A stretch of DNA of 64,000 bases from Desulfosudaceae bacterium (GTDB lineage: Bacteria; Desulfobacterota; Desulfobacteria; Desulfobacterales; Desulfosudaceae). Positions 28,210 to 37,834 of this stretch are shown one piece after another (positions within the stretch are counted from its first letter, which is position 1; every line of letters starts with the position of its first letter). The DNA is taken from contig CAXXDV010000003.1 in NCBI GenBank assembly GCA_963674745.2, positions 576,001 to 640,000 of the forward strand, read 5' to 3'. Below the pieces are notes generated by a model. It saw only the letters and a list, made by a program, of their open reading frames with translations, made no database searches and was not told the origin of the DNA. Position numbers and translations under genes: made by a program.

Positions 28210-31170
28210 ATGAACGGTCTGGTTTTCTGGTTGTTTCGAACAATGGCCCTGATGTTCAATCATCGCCCGAAGTTGAATCAATGCCTGCGGCACAGGGACG
28301 GGTATTTTGAATTTACCCTGGGCTTTAAAACCGAAACCGGTTCCGTTGACCGGGCCCTTCGGGTGGCTGACGGCCGCATGACGCCCTTGAAAAAGACGCC
28401 GGACAAAGCCGACCTGGTCCTGTATTTTAAAGATAACCGGACCCTGCTGGAAATGCTGACCACCACGCCCAACCAGATCCTGATCCTGATTCTGAACAAC
28501 AAGATGACCCTGTCGGGCAATCTTTCCTGCCTGCAGTTGTTTAATTATTATGTGTCGCTGCTGGCGGGGCCGCTGCATCGGTGGATGCTGCGCCGGCAGC
28601 AGAAGAAAGACCGGGCCGACCGGACCCGAACCTGGGGGAGAAAAAACAGCCAAAGCGAAAAAGCGGATCTGCCTTACCGGCGGCAGCAGCCCCTGCGGGT
28701 TGACAACCCGTCCATCGAAGCCGGGGTCGGTTTTTTAACGGAGCCGTATCTTTCCGATTACACGCTTTCGGATTTCCCCCGGCTGGAGCGGATGCTCGAG
28801 CGGCACTTCACGGCAAAACCGCAGGTCTGTATCGAACGCCCGCGCCTGCTGACCCGATGGTTCCGGGAAAACGGTTTCGAGACCGATGCCGACGGGCAGC
28901 CCTGGACGCCGGAATTGCGGCAGGCCCATGCCTTCAAATATCTGATGTGTGAAAAAAAGCCGGTTATCGCCGGGGACGCCCTGCTGGCGGGATCGACCAC
29001 CGCGGCCCAGCCCACCGGCGTTGTCATTTATCCTGATGCCCATGGCGGCCTGCTCTGGGGTGAGTTGGCTTCCGTCGGCGACCGGCCGCTCAACCCTTAC
29101 CATATCAGCCAAGAAGATGCCCGGGAACTGCATCATGATATCTTTCCGTTCTGGATCAATCGCAATTTCAAGGAGTATGTCCGCCAGAAATACGATTATC
29201 CCTTGAGCATGAAGATTGAAGAGCGCTGGGTTTATTATTTTGTCTGGAAGTCCATCGCGGTATCCCATACCATCCCTGATTACCCCGCCATCCTGAGCCG
29301 GGGCACATCCGGCCTGATCGATGATATTGAAACACATCTGGCCGATGCTTCCGACGATAAAGACCGCTGCCATACGCTGACGGCCATGAAGCTGTGCCTG
29401 GAAGGGATGACGGCCTATGCCGAACACTGTGCCGAAGAAGCGGAACGGCAGGCACAACAGGCGGCGGGTCAGGTCCGCAAGCAGGAGTTGCTTGGCATGG
29501 CCGAAGCCTGCCGCAGGGTTCCCCGTTATCCGGCGCGAAACCTGCAGGAAGCCGTCCAGTGCGTCTGGCTGGTCTGGGTCGGGCTGCACATGGAAAACAC
29601 CAACACCGGTCTTTCACTGGGGCGCCTAGACCAGTGGCTGCAGCCGTTTTTTGGCCGGGACATGGAGCAGTTGACCACGGCCGACGAACGGCAGGCGTAT
29701 GTCAGGCATGCCCTGGAACTGGTCGGCGACCTGATGATGCGGGCCACCGATCATCTGCCGCTGGTACCGGACATCGGCAACTACCTGTTCGGCGGCAGTT
29801 CTTCAGACCAGGCCATCACCCTGGGCGGCATCACCCCGGACGGTGCCGACGGGGTCAATGACATGACCTATATTTTCTTAAAAGTCACCGAGATGCTGGC
29901 CATCCGTGATCCCAACATGAACGCCCGCTTCTGTCCGGACGTCAACAGCGATACCTACTTGAGCCGGTTGTGCGAGGTCAATTACGTGACCGCCGCCACG
30001 CCTTCCATGCACAATGACCGGGCCGTGCTGGCCGCGCTTTCACAGAACGGTTACGCGCCCGAACATGCCCGGGACTGGTCGGCCACCGGCTGCGTGGAGC
30101 CGACCTTGTCCGGAAGGCACATGGGGCATACCGGTTCCATCCTCATGAACATGGTGTCGGCCCTGGAACTGGCCTTGAACAACGGCCGTCATCCCCACCT
30201 TGATCAGCAACTGGGGCCGGCCACCGGGGCGGTCGATGATTTTGCCCGGTTTGAGGATTTCTTTGCGGCCTACCAGGCCCAGCAGCGGTTTCTGATTGAG
30301 CAGGCGGTCTCTTTGAACAACATGCTGGCCGAGGCCCATGCCTTTATCCGGCCCACGCCTTTGCTCAGCGCCCTCATGGACGGCTGCCTGGAAGCCGGTC
30401 GCGACGTTACCCGGGGCGGGGCCCGTTACAACACTTCGGGCACGTCCAACATCGGCCTGACCGACGTGGTGGACTCTTTGCTGGTTATCAAAAAAATGGT
30501 TTTTGACGACAGGGTTGTCGGCTTTCAGGAACTGAAAAAAGCCATTGATACCGATTTTAAGGCGGCCCCGGATTTACACCAACGGATCCGGCGGCAGGTG
30601 TCGATGTTCGGGTCCGGACACCATGATGCCGTGGACATGGCCCGGCAGGTGACCGCTTTCGTTCACGATGCCTATCACAACCAGACGAATTTCCGCGGGG
30701 GGCACTATACCGCCGGTTTCTGGTCCATGTCCCAGCATGTGGCTTACGGCAACCTGTCCGGCACGCTGCCGTCGGGTCGTATCCGGGGCAAGGCCTTTAC
30801 CCCCGGGCTGACGCCGCATCCGGAAGCCTCGCCGAGTTTTCTGGATAATATCCGGGACGTGGCCGCCCTGGATCCGAAAACCATGGACAACAACATCGCC
30901 TTTAACGTCAAGCTGGTACCTGATGCAAAAGAATCCCGCCGGGAAATTGTTGATACCATGCGGGCTTATGTCGGCGCCTATTTCAATATGGGCGGCATGC
31001 AGATGCAGTTTAACGTGGTCAATTCCGACACTCTCAAAGCCGCCATGGCCGACCCCGACAGTTACCGCAATCTGCTGGTCAGGATTTCCGGGTACAATGC
31101 CTATTTTGTGACGCTTAACCGGGAGATGCAGATCGAGCTCATCGAGCGGGCCGAGTACGGGCTCTCATAA
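28210..31170 (+). CDS. Glycyl radical enzyme (PFL-like fold) with an N-terminal SCP2-like extension
   Basis: AAGGAG RBS, SLGRLDQWL, Cys loop TGCVEP, QMQFNVV, glycyl loop LLVRISGY. About 110 extra N-terminal residues ending NNKMTLSGNL. Confidence 0.9.
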   Translation: MNGLVFWLFRTMALMFNHRPKLNQCLRHRDGYFEFTLGFKTETGSVDRALRVADGRMTPLKKTPDKADLVLYFKDNRTLLEMLTTTPNQILILILNNKMTLSGNLSCLQLFNYYVSLLAGPLHRWMLRRQQKKDRADRTRTWGRKNSQSEKADLPYRRQQPLRVDNPSIEAGVGFLTEPYLSDYTLSDFPRLERMLERHFTAKPQVCIERPRLLTRWFRENGFETDADGQPWTPELRQAHAFKYLMCEKKPVIAGDALLAGSTTAAQPTGVVIYPDAHGGLLWGELASVGDRPLNPYHISQEDARELHHDIFPFWINRNFKEYVRQKYDYPLSMKIEERWVYYFVWKSIAVSHTIPDYPAILSRGTSGLIDDIETHLADASDDKDRCHTLTAMKLCLEGMTAYAEHCAEEAERQAQQAAGQVRKQELLGMAEACRRVPRYPARNLQEAVQCVWLVWVGLHMENTNTGLSLGRLDQWLQPFFGRDMEQLTTADERQAYVRHALELVGDLMMRATDHLPLVPDIGNYLFGGSSSDQAITLGGITPDGADGVNDMTYIFLKVTEMLAIRDPNMNARFCPDVNSDTYLSRLCEVNYVTAATPSMHNDRAVLAALSQNGYAPEHARDWSATGCVEPTLSGRHMGHTGSILMNMVSALELALNNGRHPHLDQQLGPATGAVDDFARFEDFFAAYQAQQRFLIEQAVSLNNMLAEAHAFIRPTPLLSALMDGCLEAGRDVTRGGARYNTSGTSNIGLTDVVDSLLVIKKMVFDDRVVGFQELKKAIDTDFKAAPDLHQRIRRQVSMFGSGHHDAVDMARQVTAFVHDAYHNQTNFRGGHYTAGFWSMSQHVAYGNLSGTLPSGRIRGKAFTPGLTPHPEASPSFLDNIRDVAALDPKTMDNNIAFNVKLVPDAKESRREIVDTMRAYVGAYFNMGGMQMQFNVVNSDTLKAAMADPDSYRNLLVRISGYNAYFVTLNREMQIELIERAEYGLS

Positions 31171-31173
31171 TAG

Positions 31174-31505
31174 GTTTGAGGTTCGAGGTTCGGGGTTCCA
31201 GGGGCAGGGGATTTGGGGGCCGCGGGACGTTCGCTGATGCTGTAGGGGCGACCGGCGGGTCGCCCATTTGTCGTTTTCAGGTGGTTTCCCTTATTACCCA
31301 CGGCCCGTAGGGGCAACCCCCTGTGGTTGACCTTCATCAGGGCAGGCACGGGGGCCTGCCCCTACATTATTCATGAACATTCGCCACGGCCCGTTGGGGC
31401 GACCGCCGGTCGCCCCTACATAATCACCTCAAACCTCAACCACATAACCATGACAAAAGGGCACGGCACGCCGTGCCCCTACGCCATTTGCGAACGCCCC
31501 CCCGA
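31174..31505. repeat. REP cluster between convergent genes, with 7-nt repeats
   Basis: GGTTCGA/GGTTCGG units; REPs near 31242, 31307, 31340, 31393 and 31459. Confidence 0.88.
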
Positions 31506-31507
31506 AC

Positions 31508-32797
31508 CTATCCGGAAAAGGTTTCCTTCATCATCAGTGTGCAAACCAGGGCGCACAGGGCGGACAGGAACAATATCAGCAGCAGCAGGGTATACCCTTC
31601 CGTCGCGTAGGCGCCGGCACGGGCGGCGGGAAAGTGGTCAAGCACGCGACCCATCAGGGGCATGTAAACCGCGCCGCCCAGAAAGGGGAACAGGTTGACC
31701 GCGCCCACCGAGGTGCCGGCGATGGATACCGGAAACAGTTCTTTGGTCGTTGTAAACCCCACAATAACAATGGCCGAGGCAAAAACCGAGAGGGTGAAAA
31801 AAAGGACGTACAATGCCGGCCGGGGCAGGCCGTCGGGGTTCAAATACAGGAACAGGAGTTCCCCTGAAAGAAGTACGGCGCAGATAATAAACGGTTTTTT
31901 CCGGCTTTTGAGCAGGCGGTCGGAAACCAGCCCCATCAGCGGGCTGCCGATAATCATTCCCCACGCAATCATGCTTAAGATGGCACCGGCTTCAGTGCGG
32001 GACATGCCGTAGACCTGCATTAAATAAGGCCCGCCCCAGAGCCCGCCGAAACCGAAAAAGATGCCGCAGTCAAAAAAGAACCATATGGCCACCGGCCAGA
32101 AGGACCTGGTCGACAAAACCTGTCGCATGCCGGCCATCAGGGGAATGGCCGGTTCCGCAGAGGATGACGCCGTTTGCCCCTCCAGTTCCTGGATCGCGGG
32201 CCAGCCTTTGTCCTGAGGCCGGTCCCGGACGATCAGCCAGGCCAGGATGACAATGACCAGGGTACTGATACCGATCACTTCAAAGGAGAGCCGCCAGCCG
32301 ATCTTCGTGGCCATCAGGCCCAGCAGCCAGGTCCCGGCCAGGACGCCGATCCCGCCCACGGCGTTGAAAATGCCGGCCATGGAAGCAAACTCGTTTTTAC
32401 GGAACCACCGGGAGAGGATTTTCATGGTGGGAATAAAGACCATGGAAACTCCGAAACCCACCAGCACCCGGCCGGCAAAGGCGATTTCAATAGAGGTCGC
32501 CAGTCCGAACAGAAAACTGCCGATGGCGGCGATCAGCAGGAACACGGTCACGGTCTTGCGGGGGCCGATGGAGTCGGCCAGCAGGCCGGCAGGAAGCTGC
32601 ATGACGGCGTAAGAGTAAAAATAGACCGAGCCCATCAGCCCGATGACGGCGGCGCTGGCCTGAAAATCACGGACCAGGTCGTCTGCCACCACGGACAGGG
32701 ACAGGCGGTGAAAATAGACAAAAAAATAGGCCAGCCCCAGGGTAACAAAAATCCACCAGCGGTATCGCAGCATCCCGGCAATGTTTTTAGTGTTCAT
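31508..32797 (-). CDS. MFS transporter
   Basis: About 12 TM helices, GLLADSIGPRK and GLVSDRLLKSRK motif-A loops. Confidence 0.92.
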   Translation of the reverse strand: MNTKNIAGMLRYRWWIFVTLGLAYFFVYFHRLSLSVVADDLVRDFQASAAVIGLMGSVYFYSYAVMQLPAGLLADSIGPRKTVTVFLLIAAIGSFLFGLATSIEIAFAGRVLVGFGVSMVFIPTMKILSRWFRKNEFASMAGIFNAVGGIGVLAGTWLLGLMATKIGWRLSFEVIGISTLVIVILAWLIVRDRPQDKGWPAIQELEGQTASSSAEPAIPLMAGMRQVLSTRSFWPVAIWFFFDCGIFFGFGGLWGGPYLMQVYGMSRTEAGAILSMIAWGMIIGSPLMGLVSDRLLKSRKKPFIICAVLLSGELLFLYLNPDGLPRPALYVLFFTLSVFASAIVIVGFTTTKELFPVSIAGTSVGAVNLFPFLGGAVYMPLMGRVLDHFPAARAGAYATEGYTLLLLILFLSALCALVCTLMMKETFSG

Positions 32798-32870
32798 GCC
32801 GCCCCTTTCATTTGATTATCGGTTTGGATCTTTCCGGTTCATACAATAAAATGCGGCCGCGATCAACAGG

Positions 32871-33182
32871 GGGTTGGGGTTCGGGGTTCGGGCCGCTTCG
32901 CGGAGGTTTTAAAGTTTTAGAGTGTTAGGGTTTTAAGAAACAGCGGTCTGCGTCTCAGGGATGGCCCGCTGCGCGGGGGGTAATAATGGGTTCGGTGATT
33001 TCTGTAGGGGCGACCGGCGGGTCGCCCTTATTTTCATTCAGGGGACATAGCAAGGACTCGGTGTAGGGGCAACCCCCTGTGGTTGCCCATTTACCGGGCA
33101 GGCACGGGGGCCTGCCCCTACACCATTTAAGAACGATCGACAATGTTCATGAACGTTCGGGCACGGCGCGCCGTGCCCCTAC
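32871..33182 (+). repeat. REP cluster with microsatellites
   Basis: GGGGTTC and GTTTTAAA/GTTTTAGA units; REPs near 33004, 33063, 33096 and 33160. Confidence 0.85.
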
Positions 33183-33282
33183 ATGGATGGTAGCGCATTG
33201 CAGGGACAGCCGGAAGCCCGGGGCAAGGCGGCTGATGAGCGGTCGGGGGCAGATCAACGCGTGACATATCCGGGGTGGAGAC

Positions 33283-33813
33283 TTACATCTTTATGCTTTT
33301 GATGATATCGGCCAGTTCAAGCAGCAATTCGTGATCGCTGTATTCAGGAAATACTTTTTTAAACTCTTCCAGCTGTGCCTCCAGAGAGGTTTTGTCTTCA
33401 CCCTGCTCAACCCCGCTTTCGATGTTCTCCACCAGGGCGGTGATCGGTGAGATATCTCCGTCCGGCCAGATAACGGCAAAGCGGTCTGCCTGGCGGGTTT
33501 CGGCGCCACGGGCACCGGCTGTAGAGACAGGCAGGGTTACTTCGTATTTGGCGGGTTTAATGGCTTTGGATTTTTCCTTTACCGCCTTGAACAGGTTGTT
33601 TAAACGGGTTTTCTGCTCATCCTGAACGGCTGTTTCCTGAGCGTCGTCGGCATTGATATCTCCACATCCCTGATTCCCCGCTTCGGTAATGCTCTGATCC
33701 GAGGCTGCCCCCGGTTTCTGCTCATCCGCTATGGCATTCGTGCTGACGATTAAAACCGCTGTATTCAGCAAAAGAAACGCAAACAACGCCGGAATGATGG
33801 TCGTTTTCATCAT
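33283..33813 (-). CDS. Secreted hypothetical protein (TAGARGAE motif)
   Basis: AAGGAGG RBS, signal peptide ending AIA, 11 nt downstream of the large NHL gene. Confidence 0.75.
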   Translation of the reverse strand: MMKTTIIPALFAFLLLNTAVLIVSTNAIADEQKPGAASDQSITEAGNQGCGDINADDAQETAVQDEQKTRLNNLFKAVKEKSKAIKPAKYEVTLPVSTAGARGAETRQADRFAVIWPDGDISPITALVENIESGVEQGEDKTSLEAQLEEFKKVFPEYSDHELLLELADIIKSIKM

Positions 33814-33824
33814 GACTCCCTCCT

Positions 33825-36800
33825 TTATTCATCGAGTAACTGGACCAGCTCCGGATATCCGTTCAGCAGCCGGGAATTCAATCTTTTGGCTTCCCGGAAT
33901 GCTTTGCGGGCCGGAACCAGCTGCCCGGCCTTGAGATGCGCCAGGGCGGTATTTATCTGAATGGCAGCGGTGTGATCGACAGCATCGGCTTTCTGATACA
34001 GCTCAAGGGCTTTTTCGTAGTCGTTCTGCATGTAGGCGATATTGCCGAGTGTCTGGAGGACTTTCGGGCTGCCGGTATCTTTCTGTTGCGCCCGCAGGGC
34101 GTATTCTTCCGCCTGGTCAAATACGCCGACTTCGGAGTAGAGACGTGCCATGAGCAGGAGCAGGGAGATGTTTTTCGGATCCCGCTCAAGCCAGCGTTTG
34201 AACACGGCCAGTCTTTTCTCAACCTGGCGCAGGTTGAGCGCGTCAAGCTCCCGCTTCAGCAGGACATTGAGTTCACCTGTTTCGGGCATGGGAACGTTCC
34301 GCTCCATCGGGGGCAGAGAGACTGTCTGATAGGTCTCCCACGCTTCAGCGATGTCTATGACACCGATTTGCTGTGTTTCGGAATACGTTTCCACCGTGTT
34401 GGCGGCCACGCGCCAGGCGGAAATAAAAGGACTGCCCACCAGTGTCGTTTCAACCGGCACATAGTATTCCCCATTGTGCATCAACAGAAGGTCTTCTGAC
34501 AGCCCCAGGGAATCTATGGCCTGTTTTCCGGTGGCCAGTTTAAAGGCGGTGAAAATATGACCGGGCGAAGTTACCATGACCGTTTCAATCCCGGTGCCTT
34601 CCAGTAAAGAAGCGAAGAGAATCGACAGATCATCACAGTCTCCGCTCAGCCGCTGCAGCGTTTCCCGCGGGAACTGGACGTAATCGATGACCGTACCTTC
34701 AGACATTTTTGAGAAATTGAACGGTTGAATGGGGTCAGGCATGTAGTACATGCCCAGGCTTTGCATGGCATCAAACAGCGCCAGCGCCTTGAACAGATTC
34801 TGGTCCAATTCGGTCTGGATGGTTTGTTCGCCGGCGGTTTTGACCGCCTGCCGGGCGAACATCTGAACGTCCGGATCTTTGGGCGTTACGAAACAGGCAA
34901 TCATTTTTTCACGTCCCCAGTTAATGCTGTTTCGACCGAACAGTTCGATATTGAGATTTTTTTCAATAGGCGCCTGCCCGTTGATGACGACTTGAGCCTG
35001 GGCCCCCAGGCGGGTATTTTCAACATAGGTCAGCACATCGCGGTTAAGGGTGGCCCTGATATTGAACGTTTCTTCTGAAAACGGGTTGATGGCCGGAATC
35101 TGGGTCTCGGTCGGGTTGTCCATGATGGCTTTGGCATAGAACAGGGCTTTGCAAGGCGGTGATGCCTTGCCGCCGTCATTGGTGATCGTCAGCTTGATCT
35201 CGGGGTTATCCATATAGGTCTGGTAAATGGCGCCCATGATGGGTGGCGCCTGGCAGGACTTGATGGACAGAACGTATTTGAGCTCTTTGACCTTGTGTAA
35301 TAATTTGGCGTAATCTTCGATGGCATCATTATACCGCGGTTCATCCGGATTCTCTCTCTGGCCGGCTTTGAGAACGGCGATGGCATCCTCGATCTGGTTG
35401 TCCTGTTTGTAACAGGCCGCCAGCACCAGCCGCTTGTCAATGGCATCCGTCTGGTTCTGGATGATACTCCGGATGGCTGTTTTGGCTTTGTCGGCCATCA
35501 TTTTGGACGGTGACCGACCCGATGATCTGGCATAAGCCGTCAACGCCAGGGTCATGGCCCTGACATCTTCGGGTGTGTCTTTGAAATCACGCGAGAAGAA
35601 AGGCTGAAGCAGCCGCACGGCCTTGTCCCAGTCACTGCTGTCGATGGCCAGTCCGGCCTGGCTTAAAATACCGGGGGTACGCAGCTTGTAGGTCAGCAGC
35701 CTGGGCGGTGACACATCATCCAGAACCCGCAAGGTTCCGTCCGGCCAGACCATGAAGTCGGCCGGTTTTTGCCAGTCCTGTGCCCGGTCGCCGCTGCTGC
35801 CGAACTTGAAGGCCACTTTGCCGTCGTCGTCAAGCAGCAGTATTTTGCCGTTATGGCTGTCAAGCACCAGCAGAAAACCGTTGGCATCGGATTCAACGGC
35901 GGTGAATTCCGCGTCGGGTGTGGGAGACTTGATTTCGATGTTCCGGACAAAACTGCCGTTTGGTGAAAAAAGATGAAGCATGTTCCGGCCGCTGTCCAGA
36001 ACGGCCAGCTGGCCGTCGTACCAGGTGATATCACGGAGCTGTTTAATCTCCTGGGGCAGGACATCCCCTTTTTCTCCGAACCGGGAACTCATGATGCCGT
36101 CCTGACTGAATACTTTTATTTCTGTATCGTCTTCATCCGAGAAGACCAGGGAGTTCCCCGGTGCGGGAAGAATCCGGGTAACGTCGTCAAGCTTGTCTTC
36201 ACCGCAATCAAAAGCAAAATAGCCATTGGGAAGTTTGAAAGCGAAAACTTTTGACCTTGAGCGATCAAAAGCGTAAAGCATGTCATCACCGGCGTAAACG
36301 CAGGTAATTTTTTTGATGTCCGGATGCTTGAATACCTGTTCATTGCCGGTCCTTTTCATAATGATGGCTTTTGTCTGCGGATCAAACACGATAACGCCGT
36401 CGGGTAACAGGCCGACCACTTCGCCGGAGATGGTGTTTGTGGCGGTGTGTTGAATCAGGTATTTGGCGGGCTCTTTCTGAGCCGGCAGGGGGCGGGCCGG
36501 GGTGTCAAAAGAGAATATCTGCACGTCCTTGTCGTCCCTGTCCATGGCAACGATATTGCCGTCGGCATCACATGTGATGTCGGACAGCTCTGAAAACTGA
36601 CCGCGACTGGTGCCCTTGGACCCCAAAGCGGCCGTCTGTTTGCCGCGTACCGTCCACTTGAAGATTTTCTGTGAGGAGTCAATCCCCAGCAGTTCGCCTG
36701 AATCAAGGGTGATGAGTTTTTTTACATCTTCGTAGTCGCCTTCCAGCCGGCGCTCGGAAACGAACCGGCCTTCTCGTGAAAAAAGGACCATGCTTCCGGC

Positions 36801-37436
36801 TTCAGAGTCAATGGCGGCGATTGTACCGTCATCCAGGACGGTCAGTGCGGTAACGCAGAATTCAGGTTTTTCTCCCATAACATTGAGCGGTAGGTGCATT
36901 GAAAACAGGTAAGTGCCGTCAATGGTGAACGCCTTTATGTCATTCTCCTTGCAGTCGGCAATATAAAAAAGGCCCTGGGTGTCAATGGCCATGTCGGTTG
37001 GCTTTGAAAAAAAACCAAAATAATCCGGAGACTTGATGGTCATATTCAAGATGCGCTGGAACCGGCCGTCGGCATCAAAAATCAGGACATCCCGGGTGCC
37101 GGCGTCAAACACGATAATACGGTCCTGTGACGGGTCATATGACAGGCTGAGCACTTCTTTGGGGACATAGCCGGGAGATTGGGCCAGGCCGACACTGCTG
37201 GTCCGGTTGAAGTCTTCATCAAGAAAAATAAGGCTCTCGCTTTTATCGTCATAGACCACAAAGCCGGGGTGTTGACCCAGAGACGTCATATAAAGCGGCT
37301 TTTCCGCAGGGATGGCCTGCCGCACAACGAATTTGAACCCCTCCAGCGCTCGTGCCGGTGACGGGAATTGTGAAATGAATAAACAAATTGTCAGGATTAC
37401 AGGAAAGCGAATCAAGAGCCGTTTTCTCCCGGGCAT
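33825..37436 (-). CDS. Exported NHL beta-propeller / TPR / transglutaminase-like multidomain protein
   Basis: Signal peptide, NHL repeats (GSKGTSRGQFSELSDITCDADGNI), YVQFPRETL...GDCDD, PGHIF, PVETT, terminal TPRs. Confidence 0.85.
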   Translation of the reverse strand: MPGRKRLLIRFPVILTICLFISQFPSPARALEGFKFVVRQAIPAEKPLYMTSLGQHPGFVVYDDKSESLIFLDEDFNRTSSVGLAQSPGYVPKEVLSLSYDPSQDRIIVFDAGTRDVLIFDADGRFQRILNMTIKSPDYFGFFSKPTDMAIDTQGLFYIADCKENDIKAFTIDGTYLFSMHLPLNVMGEKPEFCVTALTVLDDGTIAAIDSEAGSMVLFSREGRFVSERRLEGDYEDVKKLITLDSGELLGIDSSQKIFKWTVRGKQTAALGSKGTSRGQFSELSDITCDADGNIVAMDRDDKDVQIFSFDTPARPLPAQKEPAKYLIQHTATNTISGEVVGLLPDGVIVFDPQTKAIIMKRTGNEQVFKHPDIKKITCVYAGDDMLYAFDRSRSKVFAFKLPNGYFAFDCGEDKLDDVTRILPAPGNSLVFSDEDDTEIKVFSQDGIMSSRFGEKGDVLPQEIKQLRDITWYDGQLAVLDSGRNMLHLFSPNGSFVRNIEIKSPTPDAEFTAVESDANGFLLVLDSHNGKILLLDDDGKVAFKFGSSGDRAQDWQKPADFMVWPDGTLRVLDDVSPPRLLTYKLRTPGILSQAGLAIDSSDWDKAVRLLQPFFSRDFKDTPEDVRAMTLALTAYARSSGRSPSKMMADKAKTAIRSIIQNQTDAIDKRLVLAACYKQDNQIEDAIAVLKAGQRENPDEPRYNDAIEDYAKLLHKVKELKYVLSIKSCQAPPIMGAIYQTYMDNPEIKLTITNDGGKASPPCKALFYAKAIMDNPTETQIPAINPFSEETFNIRATLNRDVLTYVENTRLGAQAQVVINGQAPIEKNLNIELFGRNSINWGREKMIACFVTPKDPDVQMFARQAVKTAGEQTIQTELDQNLFKALALFDAMQSLGMYYMPDPIQPFNFSKMSEGTVIDYVQFPRETLQRLSGDCDDLSILFASLLEGTGIETVMVTSPGHIFTAFKLATGKQAIDSLGLSEDLLLMHNGEYYVPVETTLVGSPFISAWRVAANTVETYSETQQIGVIDIAEAWETYQTVSLPPMERNVPMPETGELNVLLKRELDALNLRQVEKRLAVFKRWLERDPKNISLLLLMARLYSEVGVFDQAEEYALRAQQKDTGSPKVLQTLGNIAYMQNDYEKALELYQKADAVDHTAAIQINTALAHLKAGQLVPARKAFREAKRLNSRLLNGYPELVQLLDE

Positions 37437-37834
37437 AATTAAGGACCTTTATCTTCAAAAATGGATTAATACCCGACCCGCATATGTCACTGATTTTTAG
37501 ATATCCCCATAACAATCCGCTGCTTCCGTGCCACCGGAGAAAATCATGAAATACGGGCCTGAAACAGTTTCAGTCGTACCTGCCGCCTTTTAAGACAACA
37601 ATAAATTATACCGTTGTATTCACTTATTGTCAAGAAACGGCAGAAGGCCCCAAAAGGCAAAAGGTATTGGAAAATACAGCAAAAATCCGGTTCGAGCTTG
37701 AACCAACGAATGGTTTGCGGTATCATAAGCCATCTGTCAAAGCGCCGGTAAGAAAGGTCTGGCAGATTCAGGTGAAACCGTTTTTCTGCTTTGCACGCGG
37801 AATCTTTTGTGGCGTCGGGGGCGGAGCATCCTTT

